Shown here one piece after another: positions 55,486 through 64,000 of a stretch of 64,000 nt of DNA. This stretch comes from Candidatus Eremiobacteria bacterium (GTDB lineage: Bacteria; Vulcanimicrobiota; Vulcanimicrobiia; Vulcanimicrobiales; Vulcanimicrobiaceae), in contig CAVTRC010000001.1 in NCBI GenBank assembly GCA_963737065.1, forward strand, positions 1,728,001 to 1,792,000, given 5' to 3'. The notes under the pieces were generated by a model that searched no databases, was not told where the DNA came from, and was given only the letters and a program-made list of their open reading frames with translations. Position 1 is the stretch's first letter. Every line of letters starts with the position of its first letter. The position numbers and the translations under genes are program-made.

Positions 55486-56286
55486 TCAGAATGAGCGGTG
55501 TATGCGGCGGCTCTTGCGCAGAAACGCGCGAATCCGATCGGGACGAACCGTGGAGAATGCGGTTACGGTAACGATGCGATCCCCGCGTGTCGACGGGGCC
55601 GCGATCACGTACTTGCGCACGATCACGCCGTGTAGCCGTCCGCGCGCGTCGAATGCGCCTGCGCCGGAGTCGCCCTCGTTGCAGCTCGGGCAGTAGATGA
55701 ACGTTTCGTGCACATGCGGATCGGCAACACCGGACGAAGCGACCCACGGAACGCCGTCGGGGTGCCCCACAACCGTCGTATGTTGTCCGCGCGCAAAGTC
55801 GGCGGACGCAAGCGGTGCAGCCGTGTACGTCGTGTTTGCAGCGGCTCGCACGTAAACGAGGGCGAGGTCGTCGTTCCGGTCGCGCACGTCGTATCGCGCG
55901 TAGCGCGCCCGATGCGACGGGAAGACGACGATCGTGCGCCCCGGGTGCGCGACGACGTGACGCGCGGTGATTATCTCGAGATCGCCGCCGCGCATGCCGA
56001 CGATCACGCCGGCGCCTTCGAAGGCGTGCCCGCGCGCGTCGCGGCGCGCGACGAGCACCGTCTCTTTGCGAAGCACGCTCACGAGCTCCTCGTCAGCATG
56101 AAGACGTGCAGCGAGCGCGACGAGTCCCGTATCGATGTATTCATCGCGCCGTGCACGTTCGAAGAGAATGATGCCACGCGCCGCGTCGCTCCAACTGGCG
56201 TTCAGCTCGTAGAGCGAGTAGCCGAAGAACGCCAGGATGATGGCCAGCAGAACGTACGAGACGTCCACGCGGCGCAAGAGCTGCAT
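55486..56286 (-). CDS. Membrane-anchored trypsin-like serine protease
   Basis: N-terminal TM; TARHVV, DLAL and GDSG triad motifs. Confidence 0.82.
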   Translation of the reverse strand: MQLLRRVDVSYVLLAIILAFFGYSLYELNASWSDAARGIILFERARRDEYIDTGLVALAARLHADEELVSVLRKETVLVARRDARGHAFEGAGVIVGMRGGDLEIITARHVVAHPGRTIVVFPSHRARYARYDVRDRNDDLALVYVRAAANTTYTAAPLASADFARGQHTTVVGHPDGVPWVASSGVADPHVHETFIYCPSCNEGDSGAGAFDARGRLHGVIVRKYVIAAPSTRGDRIVTVTAFSTVRPDRIRAFLRKSRRIHRSF

Positions 56287-56338
56287 GTCACCGCCATAAC
56301 AGTGCGGCCCGCACCGCCGGATGCGGGCCATGCCGATA

Positions 56339-56821
56339 CTATTTGGCGGCTGCTTTAGCTGCCTCGAGATCTTTTTGAAGCCTCGGAATCGCGGTGTCGG
56401 CAAAGTTGCGCAGGTTCGGAGCGTTTCCGTTCGCTTTCTCCGCTTGCAGCACCGAGATCAGCTGCGTAAGCGTGGCGATCTGATCCTGTGCGAACGATGC
56501 GTTGCTTCCGGTCGCCTTTGGTAAATCGGTCGGGACGTTGATGCCGTCGTAGTCTGCGATCTGAGCGAGTTCGGATCCGACCGCGAGGCAGTCGCTTTGG
56601 ATCGATTTCGCGAGGGCAGTAACGGCAGGGCTTGGGTCGGCCGAACCGTCTTGCACCGCTTCTGCGTTCGCAGCGCTCTGAAGAATCAGCTTCATTGCGG
56701 ACGGAGCGAAGCTTGCGTCGGAGCTGCTTACCGCGTCGTTGGTCGCGCCCATGAGGCAGATGCCGAGTCCAGTTGCAAGCGCCGCTGCCGGAAGTGCACG
56801 AAACACGTTGTGGGTTTTCAT
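56339..56821 (-). CDS. Secreted DUF4142-like helical protein
   Basis: Signal peptide; SSSDASF and NLRNFADTAIPRLQKDL pattern. Confidence 0.6.
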   Translation of the reverse strand: MKTHNVFRALPAAALATGLGICLMGATNDAVSSSDASFAPSAMKLILQSAANAEAVQDGSADPSPAVTALAKSIQSDCLAVGSELAQIADYDGINVPTDLPKATGSNASFAQDQIATLTQLISVLQAEKANGNAPNLRNFADTAIPRLQKDLEAAKAAAK

Positions 56822-56916
56822 GCATGTAACGATGCGCGTTTGTTCGTCGCGTCACTGCGACTTTTCACGCCGTAAGAATCAAAATTCGTTCATCAATTGA
56901 CCAGAGCCGCTTTTGA

Positions 56917-58299
56917 TTATTCGCGAACCCAAGAAATCGCTGAGACGACGATCAAAAGTGCCGCCAAAAATGCAAAGTATGTCGTCGCGGGAGCAAACGT
57001 TTGTCCGAGCGGTCCGAGCTGTGTAACGCGTGCGAAGTAGACCGCGCTTGCGACCGCAACTCCGAGCAATTGCCCCGTCGTGCGCGCGGTCGCGAGCGTT
57101 CCTGCGGCGATTCCGCGGCGGTGCTGCGGCGCGGACCCCATGATCGCGCTGTTATTCGGCTGGCTGAACACCGCCGTTCCCGCGCCCGTGACGATGAGAG
57201 CGGCAACGATCTGCCAGCCGAGCGGATGCGCTGGCAAACGTGAGAGTAGAAAGAGGCCAATCGCGACGGTAAGCGCGCCCGCAGTCGAAACGTACCGCAC
57301 CGGTACGCGGTCTGACAGTCCGCCCGCGAGCGGTGCAAGCACGACGTTCATCGCCGTGATCGGTACGAGCAGCAGACCGGCCCCGAACGCCGACGCGCCG
57401 AGCGTCGTTTGTGCTGAGAGCGGTACGATAAAAATGACACCCGCAATTCCGACGAAATACACGAGCGCCGCAAGCACGGACAACGCAAACACGCGGTTTT
57501 TGAAGAGCGATAAATCGAGCGTCGGCGCTGCCACGCGTCGCTCAACGGCAATAAAAATGCCAAGCAGCACGACCGCGGTGACGATGAGGCCCCAAGTCCA
57601 GCGCGAGGTCCAACCCCAGAGGTGCGAGCGCGACAGCGCAAGCGAGAGACAGAAGAGCCCGGAAATCGAGAGGAGCGCACCGAGCGAGTCAAATCCCTCG
57701 CCGGTGCGCGGCACCGGTCGCTTCAGAACCAACGCGGCGGCGCTCAATGCAAGGATTGAAATCGGAACGTTGATGAGGAATATCCAACGCCAATCGCCGT
57801 ACGTGATAATCGCTCCCCCGAGCAGCGGTCCGAGCGATAAACCGACGGCAACCGCGGCGCCGTTTAATCCGATCGCGCGCCCGCGCTGTGCAACGGGGAA
57901 GCTATCAACGATCAGTGCCTGATTCGACGAGACGAGCATTGCCGCGCCGACGGCTTGAACGGCGCGCGCGACGATGAGAGAGGGCAGGCTCGGCGAGAAC
58001 GCGCACGCGAGCGAGCTTAGCCCGAAGATCGCGAACCCGCCGAGGTAGATGCGCTTCTGGCCGAACATATCGCCGAGCCGGCCGAACAGGACGAGCGTCG
58101 ACGCCGTGACCAGCATGAACGACAGAATCACCCATTCGGCATCATCGACGGAGGTCGAGTACACGCGCGCGAGCGTCGGCATTGCAACGTTCGCAATCGA
58201 TGCGTCGAGTGTGCCCATCATCGAACCGGTCATGATGACGGCGAGCGCGTACCACCGATAGTGTTCGCTTTCGCGGAGCGCGTGACGCGAACGCGTCAC
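56917..58299 (-). CDS. DHA2 MFS efflux transporter
   Basis: LDASIANVAMP, GRLGDMFG, WRWIFLINVP; GTGA overlap with the upstream stop. Confidence 0.92.
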   Translation of the reverse strand: MTRSRHALRESEHYRWYALAVIMTGSMMGTLDASIANVAMPTLARVYSTSVDDAEWVILSFMLVTASTLVLFGRLGDMFGQKRIYLGGFAIFGLSSLACAFSPSLPSLIVARAVQAVGAAMLVSSNQALIVDSFPVAQRGRAIGLNGAAVAVGLSLGPLLGGAIITYGDWRWIFLINVPISILALSAAALVLKRPVPRTGEGFDSLGALLSISGLFCLSLALSRSHLWGWTSRWTWGLIVTAVVLLGIFIAVERRVAAPTLDLSLFKNRVFALSVLAALVYFVGIAGVIFIVPLSAQTTLGASAFGAGLLLVPITAMNVVLAPLAGGLSDRVPVRYVSTAGALTVAIGLFLLSRLPAHPLGWQIVAALIVTGAGTAVFSQPNNSAIMGSAPQHRRGIAAGTLATARTTGQLLGVAVASAVYFARVTQLGPLGQTFAPATTYFAFLAALLIVVSAISWVRE

Positions 58300-59249
58300 G
58301 ATTCGCAGCAGTCGGAAATCAGTTCGTTCGCGAGTGCGACGCCCGTGAGCGGCGTCGCGGCATAGCCGTCCGCGCCGATGTGTCGCCACAAATCGGCATG
58401 GCGGTCGAAGATGCTGCCGCCGACGAGGACGATAGGCGCGATCGGCTTCGTTTCGAACACGGCGATCAGATCGCGGATCGCGAGCACGTCGTGCGGACGC
58501 GTCGCCGAGCAGCCGATCACGTCGACGGATACACCGTCCAGATAACGCGCTGCGTCGTTCACCGGGATGCGGCAACCGAGAAACGATGCATGCCATCCGC
58601 AGATCGCGAAGGCATCGGCCGCCATCCGCGCACCGATTCCGTGTTCGGCTTCACCGAGCGCAACGGTGACTGCGGCGAGTTCTCGGTGAGGCCGCGCGGG
58701 CGTGAGATCGCACAGTTGCGCCATGACCCGCTCGGTTGCGTTCGTAATGATGTGTTCGTGCGCGATCGTGATTTCGTTTCGTTGCCACAAGCGGCCGGCT
58801 TCGTGCATGACCGGAGTCAAGACTCTTTCATACACGTCAAGCGATTTTTGCCCGTACGCGACGGCCAGCAATACTTCGCGGAACGCACGATCGTCGTCGC
58901 CGGATAGCAATGCATCGAGATAGCGACGCGCGATTGCTCCATGCGCGGTGTGCTCGTCGATGAGCGGTGTTTCAATGAGACGAGCCGCGGAGAGCTCTGC
59001 GCGCGCACGCGAAAGTGTCTCTCTCGCGGTGGCTTCATCGTCGCCGGAACCGTATTCGGCGCGTTGAAACGTGAGCGATTCGAGCGTGCGCGCGAGTTGC
59101 CCGGGCGAAGCGTAGCGGAACACCAGCAGACTCTGCGCCCATCGGATCGTTTCCACGAAGAGTTCGGGTGTTTGGAGTTCGACGCTGCTTTGAAACGACG
59201 AGAGGATCTCATCGTGGATCCCATCAGGAAGCTCGACGGCTTGTTTCAT
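58296..59249 (-). CDS. Cobalamin-binding protein with CarH-type W-x9-EH and ExHxxG motifs and no DNA-binding domain
   Basis: GRLWQRNEITIAHEH, GEAEHGIG, GCSAT, VLVGG, GADGYA; about 100-aa helical N-terminal domain. Confidence 0.88.
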   Translation of the reverse strand: MKQAVELPDGIHDEILSSFQSSVELQTPELFVETIRWAQSLLVFRYASPGQLARTLESLTFQRAEYGSGDDEATARETLSRARAELSAARLIETPLIDEHTAHGAIARRYLDALLSGDDDRAFREVLLAVAYGQKSLDVYERVLTPVMHEAGRLWQRNEITIAHEHIITNATERVMAQLCDLTPARPHRELAAVTVALGEAEHGIGARMAADAFAICGWHASFLGCRIPVNDAARYLDGVSVDVIGCSATRPHDVLAIRDLIAVFETKPIAPIVLVGGSIFDRHADLWRHIGADGYAATPLTGVALANELISDCCES

Positions 59250-60283
59250 CCGACGAGCAGGCCTGCACCGTCTTCTACGCGTCCGATTATGGCGTCAAGC
59301 GCGTCGCTTGCACGAAGTCGTTCTCGCAGATCCTCGACGCCGGCCATTGCGATGCTGATCAACAGACCTCCCGACGTTTGAGCATCGGCAAGAACGAGCT
59401 GCGTCGATTCATCAACGCGCGAGTCGAACGCCGTCCACGCCCGGCACGTCGTGAGGTTCTCGCGCGTTCCACCCGGAACGGCCCCATCGCGCGCAAGCTC
59501 GAGAACGCGCGGCATGACTGGGACGGCCGCGGAGTCGATGATGAATCGCACGTTCGAAGCGCTCGCCATTTCGCGTGCGTGTCCGAGCAATCCGTAGCCC
59601 GTAATATCTGTCGCGGCATGCGCGCCGGCCGCCAGCATCGCTCGCGAAGCGGATTCGTTAAGCGTCGTCATCCAATCGACGGCGGGTTGCATCGTATGTT
59701 CGTCAATCACGTCCTGCTTGAGTGCGGTTGCAAGAATGCCGGTGCCGAGCGGCTTGGTCAGTACGAGCACGTCACCCGGACGCGCGCCCGCGTTTGTCAC
59801 GATGCGCTGTGGGTCGATCGTGCCCGTTACCGCCATGCCGTATTTCGGCTCGTCGTCTTTGATCGTGTGCCCGCCCAGGATCGCAACGCCGGCCGCTCGC
59901 GCAACGGTTGCGCCGCCGTCCAAAATCTTCTGAAGAACATCGAGGCTTAGATCTTCCGGAAACGCAGCGATGTTGAGCGCGCAAACCGGCGTGCCGCCCA
60001 TTGCATAAACGTCCGAGAGCGCGTTGGCGGCCGCAATGCGGCCGAAGTCGAACGGATCGTCGACGATCGGCGTAAAGAAATCGACGGTTTGCACGAGCGC
60101 AAGGTCGTCGCGCAAGCGAAACACGCCGGCATCGTCGCACGTGCCGTACCCAACCAGAACTCGTTCGTTCGCAGTAAGCGGCAAGCGGCGCAAGACTTGC
60201 GCCAGCTCGGCGGAGCCGAGTTTACTTGCTCAACCTGCGCACGAAGAACGCGCCGTAAGCCGGACGCGGCCGGTCGATTCCAT
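59246..60283 (-). CDS. selD: Selenophosphate synthetase with selenocysteine at codon 18
   Basis: ATG 60283 gives MESTGRVRLTARSSCAG(TGA)ASKLG, in frame with DDAGV, QTVDFFTP, NALSDVYAMGG, GGHT, TDITGYGL and QTSGGLL. Confidence 0.95.
60187..60220 (-). other. Candidate SECIS hairpin(s) downstream of the selD UGA
   Basis: CTCGGC-TCC-GCCGAG (60220-60206) and GGCGCAA-GTC-TTGCGCC (60203-60187). Confidence 0.55.
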
Positions 60284-60338
60284 AGGAGGACGCTATACCA
60301 CGCCAGGCACCCGCTTCATGCCGCAGAAGTTGGCCGCA

Positions 60339-61502
60339 ATGAAGAAGACGCTGCTGTTCCTTCCCGGTCCGGTGCCGGTTGCGCAATCCGTTCTCGAAGC
60401 GATGGCGTGGCCGATGATCAACCATCGCGGTCCCGAGTTCGCGGACCTAATGGCGCGCATCGAACGCGGAATGCAGCCGATTTTCGGCACCGAGCAAGAC
60501 GTGCTTTTCCTCGGTTCGTCCGGCACGGGCGCCTTAGAAACGGCCGTCGTCAATTGTTTTTCACCGGGCGATATATTGCTTTCGGCGCCCGTCGGCGTGT
60601 TCGGAAAACGCCTTGGCGATATCGCACGCACGTACGGCTGCCACGTTGAAGTGCTTGACACTCCGCTCGGTGCGGCGGTCGATCCAAACGCGCTGCGCGA
60701 GCGTCTTGCGCGCGATACGGGTCGCACGATCAAAGGCGTTTTGCTGACGCAAAACGAGACGTCGACCGGCGTGCAAAACAACATGCGCGACATTGCGGAG
60801 GCGATCGGCGATCATGGCACGCTGACGATCGTCGATGCGGTCAGCGGTCTAGGTGCTTCACCCTTCGAGATGGATGCATGGGGATATGAGGTCGTCGTCA
60901 CCGCGTCCCAGAAAGCGATTGCAGTGCCGCCCGGCATTGCGATGGTTGCGGCGAGCACCCGCGCGTGGCAGGCGATCGAGCGCGCGACGATTCCTCGCTA
61001 TTATTTCGACTTGCGCAAAGCGCGAGAGTTTGCGCGCAAAGGGCAAACGTCGTGGACGCCGCCGATTTCGATCTTCTACGCGCTCGCGGTCGCGCTCGAA
61101 CGTTTCCACGCGGAGGGATTGCAAGCAAACTACGCGCGTCACGCGCGGTATGCTTCGGCGATTCGCGCGGCATTCGAAATGCTCGGCTTCACGATGTTCT
61201 CACGCAGCGACGCGCACTCGGTTACCGTCGTTGCGGCGATACCTCCGCCGGGCGTCGACTGCGGCGAATTGCTGAAGACACTGCGCGAACGCTACGGCGT
61301 GGTTCTCTCCGGCGGTCAGGGAGAATTGACCGGCAAAATCGTGCGTATGGGCACCATGGGCGACGTGAGCGAAGCCGATCTACTCGGTGCGATCGGTGCG
61401 ATCGAACTCGCGCTCGCCGATTGTGGCGTGTCCGTTTCGTTCGGGAACGGCGTAGGCGCTGCGGCGGGCGTGCTGAACGGCCGCGTCACGGCCGCGGTAT
61501 AA
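60339..61502 (+). CDS. Class V PLP aminotransferase (serine-pyruvate/alanine-glyoxylate family)
   Basis: LPGPVPV, HRGPEF, SGTGALE, NETSTG, DAVS, SQKA, GGQG. Confidence 0.92.
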   Translation: MKKTLLFLPGPVPVAQSVLEAMAWPMINHRGPEFADLMARIERGMQPIFGTEQDVLFLGSSGTGALETAVVNCFSPGDILLSAPVGVFGKRLGDIARTYGCHVEVLDTPLGAAVDPNALRERLARDTGRTIKGVLLTQNETSTGVQNNMRDIAEAIGDHGTLTIVDAVSGLGASPFEMDAWGYEVVVTASQKAIAVPPGIAMVAASTRAWQAIERATIPRYYFDLRKAREFARKGQTSWTPPISIFYALAVALERFHAEGLQANYARHARYASAIRAAFEMLGFTMFSRSDAHSVTVVAAIPPPGVDCGELLKTLRERYGVVLSGGQGELTGKIVRMGTMGDVSEADLLGAIGAIELALADCGVSVSFGNGVGAAAGVLNGRVTAAV

Positions 61503-61886
61503 CGGCGATAACGCAAGCACCATAGCACCGACGGCAATGACGTAGAACCCGACGTCCGGATGGACGTCACGTCCGACCGGTCCCACCATGACGTCTGCGC
61601 CGGATGCGCCGGTCACGTTCCAAAACACCGACGAAATCACGTTAACGCGTGACATCATTGCGTATTGGACGCCGAGCAACACCAGGACCGCTGCGGCGCA
61701 AAACGATGCGCCGCGATACCGCCGCGCGCGCGTGAACAGCGCGGCTGCAATACCGAACACAAGAAACGCGAACCCCGGGCCGCTTTGGAGTGCCGTTACA
61801 TCGCGGTACATGACGTGACGGAACGGCAGAAAACATCCGATCGCGATCGCGGCGCATCCCGCAAAGCCCACGAGCCGCTTGTCCAC
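61380..61886 (-). CDS. Hypothetical membrane protein
   Basis: About four TM helices; starts 2 nt after the cvpA stop; 3' end overlaps the convergent gene. Confidence 0.6.
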   Translation of the reverse strand: MDKRLVGFAGCAAIAIGCFLPFRHVMYRDVTALQSGPGFAFLVFGIAAALFTRARRYRGASFCAAAVLVLLGVQYAMMSRVNVISSVFWNVTGASGADVMVGPVGRDVHPDVGFYVIAVGAMVLALSPLYRGRDAAVQHARRSAYAVPERNGHATIGEREFDRTDRTE

Positions 61887-61888
61887 GA

Positions 61889-62431
61889 TTACACGTGATG
61901 CCTGGTGAAATACGGATTCAAGAAGGGACGCGCGAACCAGGGGATCGTCGCTTCGAGCGCGTGATCGATCGTAGGGTCAGGCTCGGTGAAACTCGCTGCA
62001 AGATGCGAGTCGTGCAAGTCTTTGCGGATGTCCGGCGAGAGCGGAAAATAGAGCGCGACGAAGAGCACGAGCCAAATCAGCACCGCGCCTTTCGCGAAGC
62101 CGATGATTCCTCCACCGAGCGAGTTGCCGATGTTGAGAATAGGCAACTTCGCAAAACGGTTCAACACCCAAGAAATCGCGAGAACGATCGCGTAGGTGAT
62201 GCACCCGGTAAGAAACATTCCGACGACGTGCGCGGATCCCGGCCCGAGATGCACGGTCGATTGAAGCCACGGGTCGAACGCACCGTTGTAATACCACGGC
62301 GTGATGAGCGCGGCGAGCACCGCAACCGCCCCGCCGAGTTCCGAGACGAACCCGCGCTTAAACCCTTTCGCGGCCGCGACGATGAGAATGACGGCGATCA
62401 CGATATCCGGCCAGCCGAACCCGGCGATCAT
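61889..62431 (-). CDS. cvpA: CvpA family membrane protein
   Basis: WPDIVI...GFKRGFVSE, LGGGIIGFAKG. Confidence 0.85.
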   Translation of the reverse strand: MIAGFGWPDIVIAVILIVAAAKGFKRGFVSELGGAVAVLAALITPWYYNGAFDPWLQSTVHLGPGSAHVVGMFLTGCITYAIVLAISWVLNRFAKLPILNIGNSLGGGIIGFAKGAVLIWLVLFVALYFPLSPDIRKDLHDSHLAASFTEPDPTIDHALEATIPWFARPFLNPYFTRHHV

Positions 62432-64000
62432 TCGCGAATTGCCGCTCCAACACCATCGCGCAATGCCGCAAGCGCTCGCTGCATCGCGCCGTCGGCCTCT
62501 TCATCGGTGATCGTTGCATCGTAGCGTTGAATGATCGCGCGAACGGCCAGACTCTTTTTCCCTTCGCCGACCTGCGGTCCGCGGTATTCGTCGAAGACGC
62601 GGACCGCCGTGCACAGTTCACCGATCGCATCGCGCGCGATCGTGCGAATCCGGTCGGCGGCCACATCGAGGTCGACGACGACGGCGAGGTCCCGGTACGT
62701 CGACGGAAACTTCGACGGCGGGGAGTAGCGTGCGATCCGGTATTCGGGGACGTTGTCCAAATAGATGTTACACAGATAGGCCGGGAAGCGAACGTCGAAT
62801 GCCCGCGTCAACCGTGGATCGACTTTGCCGAGCGTCGCAACCTCGCGGCCGTTGTGCAAAAGCACGGCGGTTTTGCCCGGATGGAACGCGTTGCGAACGT
62901 CACGCGCGGCGTCGACGTTAACGCCCGAAACCGCGCGGATCAGTGCCTCGGCATCACCTTTCAAACGCAAAAAGTTGGAGTCACGCCACACCGGTTCGTC
63001 GAGCGGTTCGGCCGTGAACCCAAAGGTCAAGACCGCCGATTCCGCGAGCGGCTTGTCATCGCTCGAGAACACGTGCCCGATTTCGAAGACGCGAATCGGT
63101 GCGTCGACGCGTGCGAAGTACTGCAAAATGCCCGGTCCCAGTGCCCAGCGCAAGTAGCGTTGATCTTCGGAGAGCGGATTGAGCACTTCGACCACACGGT
63201 GACTCGCCGCGATTCCCGCCCGCGTGATAAGCTCGAACACCTTCGCGCCCTGCAGCGAGTAATTGATGATTTCGTGATAACCGAGCGATGCAAGCGTATC
63301 CGAAAGTTGATTCTCGAGATCGTATTCGGCACTCGAAATATCATGTGCGGGCACCGACGGTTCCACCGCCTCGATTCGATCGTATCCTTCCATACGTGCA
63401 ACCTCTTCGACGAGGTCCGCGGGCATCGTCAGATCGCTTCGCCACAATGGCGGCGTAACCGTGAGCGCATCGCCGGCGATCACGACGTTGCAGCCGAGCG
63501 CACGAAGATGCGCGCCGATGCGTTCGGGATCGAGCCGAAGCCCGAGCAGCCGCTCGACATCGCGCGCGCTCACGAGGATCACGTCTACTCCAAAAACGTC
63601 GCAACCAAAGGCATGCGAATGATACGCATGGGCGCCGGACGTTTCAACGAGCAGTTGCGCGGCACGTGCGGCACCCATGTCGCTCAATACGGGTGCGAGC
63701 GCTTTCTCATGACGCGAGGACGCTTCCGTTCGCATTCCCAGCTGCATCGCCATCCGGCGAACGCGAGCACCTTCGAAATTCGCCGACTCGAGGATAATCG
63801 ACGTCGTGTCATCGCGGACTTCACTCGCTGCCCCTCCCATGAGCCCCGCAAGACCGAGCGCGCGGCGTTCGTCCGCAATAACGAGTGCTCGATCGTTCAG
63901 CTCGCGTTCTTCGCCGTCGAGCGTTTCGAGCGTTTCGCCTTCTCGCGCATGGCGCACGATGAAGTGATGGTGTGCGACTTCACGCGCGTCGTAGAAATGC
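62428..64000 (-). CDS. pheT: Phenylalanine--tRNA ligase beta subunit (5' end outside the window)
   Basis: LAGLMGG, ILESANF, DLVEEVAR, NPLSED, SKFPSTYRDLA, FDEYRG, GKKSLA. Confidence 0.97.
   Translation of the reverse strand, partial: HFYDAREVAHHHFIVRHAREGETLETLDGEERELNDRALVIADERRALGLAGLMGGAASEVRDDTTSIILESANFEGARVRRMAMQLGMRTEASSRHEKALAPVLSDMGAARAAQLLVETSGAHAYHSHAFGCDVFGVDVILVSARDVERLLGLRLDPERIGAHLRALGCNVVIAGDALTVTPPLWRSDLTMPADLVEEVARMEGYDRIEAVEPSVPAHDISSAEYDLENQLSDTLASLGYHEIINYSLQGAKVFELITRAGIAASHRVVEVLNPLSEDQRYLRWALGPGILQYFARVDAPIRVFEIGHVFSSDDKPLAESAVLTFGFTAEPLDEPVWRDSNFLRLKGDAEALIRAVSGVNVDAARDVRNAFHPGKTAVLLHNGREVATLGKVDPRLTRAFDVRFPAYLCNIYLDNVPEYRIARYSPPSKFPSTYRDLAVVVDLDVAADRIRTIARDAIGELCTAVRVFDEYRGPQVGEGKKSLAVRAIIQRYDATITDEEADGAMQRALAALRDGVGAAIRE

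Noticed and set aside
60339..61502. PLP enzyme divergent from selD as a possible selenocysteine lyase or cysteine desulfurase
   Set aside because: Its motifs (LPGP, NETSTG, SQKA) fit the serine-pyruvate/alanine-glyoxylate family, and I see no NifS/SufS catalytic Cys loop.

Overview
GC-rich bacterial core-chromosome window. Gene content and style suggest a Terrabacteria lineage, possibly Ca. Eremiobacterota/Vulcanimicrobiota (inference only). I saw no tRNA, rRNA, CRISPR array, transposase or prophage. In order: a partial OxyR-like LysR regulator divergent from an aldo/keto reductase; a frameshifted cytochrome c-PQQ dehydrogenase lipoprotein gene; the dcw cluster (mraZ-rsmH-ftsL-ftsI-murE-murF-[CofE-like ligase]-mraY-murD-ftsW-murG-murC-murB-ddl); assorted hydrolases, citrate synthase, hisA, dacB and alr; CIRCE-controlled groES-groEL; an MFS-acyltransferase fusion; korAB; two REC/HD-GYP proteins with HD changed to YD; a hydrolase-APC-APC-amtB cluster; hsp20-lon behind a CIRCE-like site; a coupled selD-B12-binding protein-MFS unit, where selD has an in-frame UGA missed by the ORF track; a class V aminotransferase, cvpA and partial pheT. 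Best candidates for undescribed biology: (1) the CofE-fold ligase between murF and mraY, a possible peptidoglycan-precursor modifying enzyme; (2) the Sec-containing selD coupled to a CarH-type B12 photoreceptor-like protein and an exporter; (3) the PQQ dehydrogenase with an N-terminal haem c and a lanthanide-type D-x-D site.
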